From assembly GCF_009914755.1 (NCBI RefSeq), contig NC_060939.1: 64,000 bases of DNA; one strand, written 5' to 3'. The notes under the pieces are model-generated. The model was not told the DNA's origin. It made no database searches and saw only the letters and a program-made list of their open reading frames with translations. Source of the DNA: the human T2T-CHM13v2.0 reference genome, Homo sapiens. The position numbers were made by a program, and so were the translations under genes. Positions 58,071 to 64,000 of the stretch are shown one piece after another. How positions within the stretch are numbered: the stretch's first letter is position 1; each line of letters opens with the position of its first letter.

Positions 58071-60091
58071 TTAGGAGGCCATGGCAGGTAGATCACTTGA
58101 GGCCAGGAGTTTGAGACCAGCCTGGCCAACATGATGAAACCCCGTCTCTACTAAAAATATAAAAATTAGCCAGGCGTTGGTGGTGCACGCCTATAATCCC
58201 AGCTACTCAGGAGACTGAGGCAGGAGAATCGCTCAAACCTGGAAGACAGAGGTAGCAGTGAGCCGAGATCGCACCACTCAAATAAATATGTACATACATA
58301 CATACAAAAATACAAAAAATCAACCAGGCATGGTGACTCACATCTGTAGTCCCAGCTACTCTGGAGGCTGAGGTGGGAGGATCACCTGAACCCTGGAAGT
58401 CCAGGATGCAGTTAGCTGTGATCGCACCACTGGACTCCAGCCTGGACAATGGGAGTGAGACCTTGTCTCAAAAAAAAAAAAAAAAAAAAAGTATTTTGTA
58501 ACCTGCTAGCTAGGACTGGCCTTAGTTGCTGCTGCTCTTGATTCTTATGAGATGCAGAAAACCAAGGTCAAGAGAGTAGGTGATGACACCATTTTACCCC
58601 TGCTTGGGAGCAGGTCCATCAATCAAATGGTAGTAGCCCAGGTTTTTAGACACACATCAAATCCTCTTCTGCCAGGCCCACCTGCCAGCCCTCCTCACTG
58701 TTTCTGCACAGTTCTAAAAGGATGGTTCAGTTCCCTCACCCTGCCTAACCCAAGGCAAGTTTCCTCTTCACTAAGTCCATTCTGGTCCCACTATCCCCTA
58801 AATTCTTCTAGCAGGTCCCTACAGCCATTAAACTCATTCTTTTGGATAAAGGCAAAGGTGGCCATCCAGTAGAGAAGGGCCCCCAGGCAGGTCTCAGTGT
58901 TCCCCAGAAGTCAAAACTCAGACTGCCTTATTGCTGCACATCACTTCACCACGCACAAAGCACTTTCTCAGGCCACATCCCATTTAACCCCCAAAGGGAG
59001 GCAGGATGGTAGCATCCTGCTGGGGATACTTTGGAACCTGCTGGGGCAGTTGGAACTTGGGGAGGGAGGATGGGCTGATAGCTTCAGCCAGAGATTGGGA
59101 GGCTGGAGGCAGGGCATGAGGGGATGTAACTCCCCTTGATTTCCTTCTGTAAAATGGGAATGATACCACTTCACGCACTTGCTATGCATGTGCATTCATT
59201 ATGGCTCTCAAACTGAGTGTGGGAGAAGGGGGTACAGGATGGTGCTGCTGAATATACATGGCACATACATCATCTTCCTGGAATTTTACTTGAGGGTTTG
59301 GAGGTGGTGAGTTTTATAATAAAACTTGGATTTATTATGCAGCAGAATGCAAACCTGGTGTGTATTTAAAGATTTTAAAAGGAGTTTTGAAAGTGATGTC
59401 ATGCTTCTAGTGGGCTGCTTCTGGCTACACCCCCAGATCCCTGGGGATTGGGCACGTGATCACACCCTAGTGTGCCATGTAAGGGCTTCAGTAGGAAAGT
59501 GGGAGCAATGCTGCCTGATGGAAGATGAGAAAGTGCCTGACATGCAATAGGCAGGTAGCATTTGATGGTTCGTGTTACGGCAGCAGCTATGTCCTCCCAG
59601 GGGAAACAGGCCCACACAGATGGCAGTACTTGGTTGGGTTCACTCAGCTGGAAGGTGACACAGCCATGACTGGAACCAACTACTGACTTCCCACCCAGTG
59701 CTCTACCATAACTTCCATCTCCTCCCCATGGGAAAGGGCTTTATGGTCAGCAGCCCTCTTCTACTTAGGCCACCTCCTCAGTTCTCTCTCTCCCTCTTAG
59801 AACTCCCTCTTGTCAGGGAGGTGTATTCCTCTGGGGGTACAACATGTGTAACTGTGCTAAAAGGCAAGTGCCTCTGTGGGGAGGCGGCAGACACAGTTGA
59901 CATGAGCCAACCTGTGTACTTCAGAGAGGACACAGGGCTGCCGAGTTGCGGGTGGTAAGAGGAGAGGTCCAGAGGATGGGATGCTCTCAAGATTAGCTGG
60001 AGGCTAGAAGAGATAAGGGGCACACCAAAAAAACAAAAACAAAAAACAAAAAACAAAAAACAACCCTCGTCTCCTTCCCAGGTTTGTCTAA

Positions 60092-60342
<251 letters not shown>

Positions 60343-60798
60343 TGATCTCTTGACCTTGTGATCCGCCCACCTCAGTCTCCCAAAGTGCTGGGATTACAGG
60401 CATGAGCCACCTCGCCCAGCCCGGCATCTTATTTTCATGGCTTAAGATTTCTAGGTCCAGATAAAAACCAAGGGTGCCCTGGGCCTTGCCAGCTAATGAG
60501 TGCATAGAATCCAGGGATAGCAAGAGAGGCTTGGAGAGCCTTTTCTTTCTCCAGCCCTGTTCTTTCTCCAGGCCCTGCCAGGCTGGCCTTCCTGCCCTGG
60601 GCCTGTGTACAGGTTTGTTTCTGTGTATGTCTGTCTCCCTAAATGAGAGGAACCAAGGTCCTGAGTGAAGGAATCAGTGATTGAGATTTGTTCAGCTTCT
60701 GCCTCATACCATGGAATGGGATGGGGGAGCTGGGCGCCTATCATGCTTAAGCCTTATGTACTACTCACAGCAACCCAGTAAGGATAGTTATTTCCTCA

Positions 60799-61206
<408 letters not shown>

Positions 61207-61624
61207 CTAGACCAACTTAGAACATCCCTGCGGTAGGCCTGATAATCTGCAATTTTTAACAAGGGTGACCATCAGGTAATTCCGATGTTCACAACAGTTC
61301 AAAAACCTCGACAGAGCATTTTCGTAACCTGCCCACGCGTTCTTCAGTGGCAGAGCTGGAGCGCAAACCGGGGGCTTCAGATGCTAAGTCCAGGCTCTTG
61401 ACAGCTCACTGGAGACGCTGGAATCACCTTCACTGCGCCTGTATCAGCACCCGCCACACAGGCGCACAAATAAACCTTCCCAGAGTGAATGAATGAATTA
61501 ATGACTCATCCAGCCCCAGCTGCTTCCGGTGGGTCGGGGGCGTGGCGAGACCCTGTTTCAGTGGAGGGAGGGCTTATGCATTGCCGAGACGCCGATTATC
61601 AGACCTTGACCCTGTCGCTTTCAG

Positions 61625-61721
61625 AAAAACCACTGGCAGAAGATCCGGACCATGGTCAATCTGCCGGTCATAAGCCCTTTCAAGAAGCGCTACGCCTGGG
61701 TGCAGCTGGCAGGGCACACTG
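61625..61721 (+). CDS. ITPKA: ITPKA exon 2: calmodulin-binding region ([32 protein letters not shown])
   Basis: TTCAG| acceptor, G|GTGAGC donor; 97 nt. Confidence 0.95.
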
Positions 61722-61796
61722 GTGAGCAGTGGGGCGGGTGGGCGGGTGCCCGCGACGGGAAGGGGCTGGGCGGCGCTGACGGATGCCGGTCCTCAG

Positions 61797-62013
61797 GGAG
61801 TTTTAAGGCGGCGGGCACCAGCGGGCTGATCCTGAAGCGCTGCTCGGAGCCGGAGCGCTACTGCCTGGCGCGGCTGATGGCTGACGCGCTGCGCGGCTGC
61901 GTGCCTGCCTTCCACGGCGTGGTGGAGCGCGACGGCGAAAGCTACCTGCAGCTGCAGGACCTGCTCGATGGCTTCGACGGACCTTGTGTGCTCGACTGCA
62001 AAATGGGCGTCAG
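61797..62013 (+). CDS. ITPKA: ITPKA exon 3: IPK catalytic domain (...[10 protein letters not shown])
   Basis: CTCAG| acceptor, AG|GTATGC donor; 217 nt; PxxxDxKxG inositol-phosphate kinase motif. Confidence 0.96.
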
Positions 62014-62158
62014 GTATGCGTGCCCTGCCAGGTCGGTTGGGGGGATCAAGTAGGGGTCCGGGGCCGGGACAGCTGCTTGAGGGGGACCCGGGGCGAGTGC
62101 TCGAAGGGGTCTCCGTGTGCGCCCCCTCATGCCCTGGCCGCTGCCTGCGCCCCCACAG

Positions 62159-62363
62159 GACTTACCTAGAGGAGGAGCTGACCAAGGCCCGTGAGCGGCC
62201 CAAGCTGCGGAAGGACATGTACAAGAAAATGCTGGCGGTGGATCCTGAAGCTCCCACGGAGGAGGAGCACGCGCAGCGCGCCGTCACCAAGCCGCGCTAC
62301 ATGCAGTGGCGGGAAGGCATCAGCTCCAGCACCACCCTCGGCTTCCGCATCGAGGGCATCAAG
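62159..62363 (+). CDS. ITPKA: ITPKA exon 4 (TYLEEEL...[13 protein letters not shown]...GFRIEGIK)
   Basis: ACAG| acceptor, AAG|GTGAGG donor; 205 nt. Confidence 0.96.
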
Positions 62364-62563
62364 GTGAGGCAGGCGCGCTTCGCTGGCACCGCCGCAGCCC
62401 CACTGCGCGCTGTCTTTCCCGATCCCCCGCTCCCGCCCCGCCTGCCCCTCCGCCCTCTCCCACCGCCTCGCCGTCCCCTGCAACTGGGAGGTACCGCTGC
62501 TCTACGCTGTCCTCTTCCCCACTGGCGGGCCCGGGGCCCCTGACACTCCTGTCCCACATCCAG

Positions 62564-62665
62564 AAAGCGGACGGCTCCTGCAGCACCGACTTCAAGACTA
62601 CGCGAAGCCGAGAGCAGGTGCTTCGCGTCTTTGAAGAGTTTGTGCAAGGAGATGAGGAAGTGCTG
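62564..62665 (+). CDS. ITPKA: ITPKA exon 5 (KADGSCSTDFKTT...DEEVL)
   Basis: CCAG| acceptor, CTG|GTGAGA donor; 102 nt. Confidence 0.95.
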
Positions 62666-62949
62666 GTGAGAGCGGGATCCCAAACCCTGAGGTGTTGGGG
62701 AGCCTGAAGCCGAGGACTGCCCCTGTCATCTGGCCCAGTGCCCTCGGCTGTGTCCCCACCATGGCCCTCACCGCGCTGGCTCGCAACTGCTCTACGCTCC
62801 TTCCCTTCTGGGCCACGCTGGGCGGGGCCCTGGGTCCTCCTCCTGGCGGCATTTGCCAAGCACAGCGTGGGTCCCGGCTCCTCATCGTTAGCAGGGGCTC
62901 ATTTGGCGTTTAGTTAATTTGCCCTCCTCTCCCACCCCACCCTCTGCAG

Positions 62950-63021
62950 AGGCGGTATCTGAACCGCCTGCAGCAGATCCGGGACACCCTGGAGGTATCC
63001 GAGTTCTTCAGGAGGCACGAG
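62950..63021 (+). CDS. ITPKA: ITPKA exon 6 (RRYLNRLQQIRDTLEVSEFFRRHE)
   Basis: GCAG| acceptor, GAG|GTAAGC donor; 72 nt. Confidence 0.95.
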
Positions 63022-63124
63022 GTAAGCGGCGGCTGCCCGGGTGCCCGGGCCGCGAGGGCTAGGGCGGGAACCCGGCAAGGGCGTCTCTGGGCAGGGCCGC
63101 GGCCTGACGGTGCGGGGCTCGCAG

Positions 63125-63328
63125 GTGATCGGCAGCTCGCTCCTCTTTGTGCACGATCACTGCCATCGCGCCGGCGTGTGGCTCATCGACTTCGGCAAGA
63201 CCACGCCCCTCCCCGATGGCCAGATCCTGGACCACCGGCGGCCCTGGGAGGAGGGCAACCGCGAGGACGGCTATTTGCTGGGGCTGGACAATCTCATTGG
63301 CATCCTGGCCAGCCTGGCTGAGAGATGA
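63125..63328 (+). CDS. ITPKA: ITPKA exon 7 (VIGSSLLF...IDFG...LASLAER*)
   Basis: GCAG| acceptor; SSLL and IDFG motifs; TGA at 63326-63328; exon sum 1386 nt = 461 aa + stop. Confidence 0.96.
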   Translation: MIGSSLLFVHDHCHRAGVWLIDFGKTTPLPDGQILDHRRPWEEGNREDGYLLGLDNLIGILASLAER

Positions 63329-63693
63329 GGCTGGACTCCTGTCCCCGCGGGCCGCTCACCTGACATGTGGACCTGCAGCTTTGTCCCCACTGTGCATGCC
63401 GGCTTGAGACTGGAGCCCCGCGGTGCAGGGCAGTTCACCGGGTCCTGCAGGACCAGGTGCCAGCCACTAAGGGGGGGCACCGCCGATGCCAGGGGTTTTG
63501 CCCACCCGGGCCCCAGCGTTCCCAGAGCCAAATGACACTAACTTATAGAAGGGGAGGGGGCAAAGGGCTTCTTCCTCAGGCCAGCTCTTCTGAGGAGGCT
63601 CTGCCCTCTCCAGAGGTGCCAGACCGCGGATTTTATTTAGCAAGCCCAGACCTTCCGGTCTAACGTCTCACACCACGACGGACTCCCCTTCCT

Positions 63694-63699
63694 AATAAA
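63694..63699 (+). terminator. ITPKA: ITPKA polyadenylation signal AATAAA
   Basis: Only canonical hexamer, ~365 nt after the stop codon. Confidence 0.88.
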
Positions 63700-63794
63700 A
63701 CTCAAAGACAAGATGCAGCTTCCTGTGCCTCAGGCCTCAGCCCCTCCCTCCTCCGGCCCCCTCTTCCTCAGTTCCGGTCCCTGGCATCCACAGA

Positions 63795-64000
63795 TCGCTG
63801 GAGGATGAGAAGAGCTTTTTATTAGAAGCATCTGCAGGGTGGGGGGTCTGCCCAGATGAAGGATGCTCATAATGGGAGAGCAATCCAGTGCTCCCCATGG
63901 ACACCTGGGGTGTGTGTAAGGCGGCCTCTGGCCCCAAGATCAAAAGCTGGAAGTGGCTGGGCCCTTCCCTGGGAGGCCTGGGCTGGTTTCCAGCATGGCA
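63795..64000 (-). other. LTK: 3'UTR end of a convergent minus-strand gene, probably LTK; AATAAA on the minus strand at 63818-63823
   Basis: TTTATT on the + strand; gene name inferred from recalled synteny only, no coding sequence in the window. Confidence 0.6.

Larger units (their letters stand above)
61500..63690. promoter_or_regulatory. ITPKA: ITPKA gene-body CpG island covering exons 2-7
   Basis: CpG-dense introns as well as exons; separated from the promoter island by ~5 kb of CpG-poor, Alu-containing DNA. Confidence 0.85.

Noticed and set aside
61722-61796. ITPKA intron 2 as a mirtron
   Set aside because: G-rich throughout, with only a few terminal base pairs; no convincing hairpin
63463-63482. 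CTCF-like CCACTAAGGGGGGGCAC in the ITPKA 3'UTR
   Set aside because: Spacing does not fit the core motif

Overview
Human genomic DNA, recognisable as the chr15q15 RTF1-ITPKA-(LTK) neighbourhood. Gene identities come from recalled protein sequences and synteny, not from a database search. Bases 1-~43.7 kb hold the 3' part of RTF1 (PAF1-complex elongation factor) on the + strand: 16 coding exons (probably exons 3-18; 1824 nt = 607 aa + stop, all phases consistent), one GC-AG intron and a ~2.9 kb 3'UTR with three AATAAA signals. A ~10 kb intergenic stretch follows, containing an orphan CpG-rich island and a CA-rich tract. Next is the complete ITPKA gene (7 exons, 1386 nt = 461 aa + stop) with promoter and gene-body CpG islands, and then the convergent 3' end of a minus-strand gene (probably LTK). 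The introns are extremely Alu-dense, so almost all ORF-track entries are Alu or GC-rich artefacts. I see no new gene system. The most interesting unannotated-looking signals are: (1) a compact stop codon/AATAAA/(GT)18 module just after RTF1 exon 5, which could drive TDP-43-sensitive intronic polyadenylation and yield an HMD-only RTF1; (2) two independent templated insertions, each copying an Alu-junction fragment from ~2 kb away; (3) a U6 retrocopy hit at its oligo-U end by an Alu; (4) a 5'-truncated AluYa5-type insertion; (5) possible routes to ITPKA isoforms lacking the actin-binding domain.
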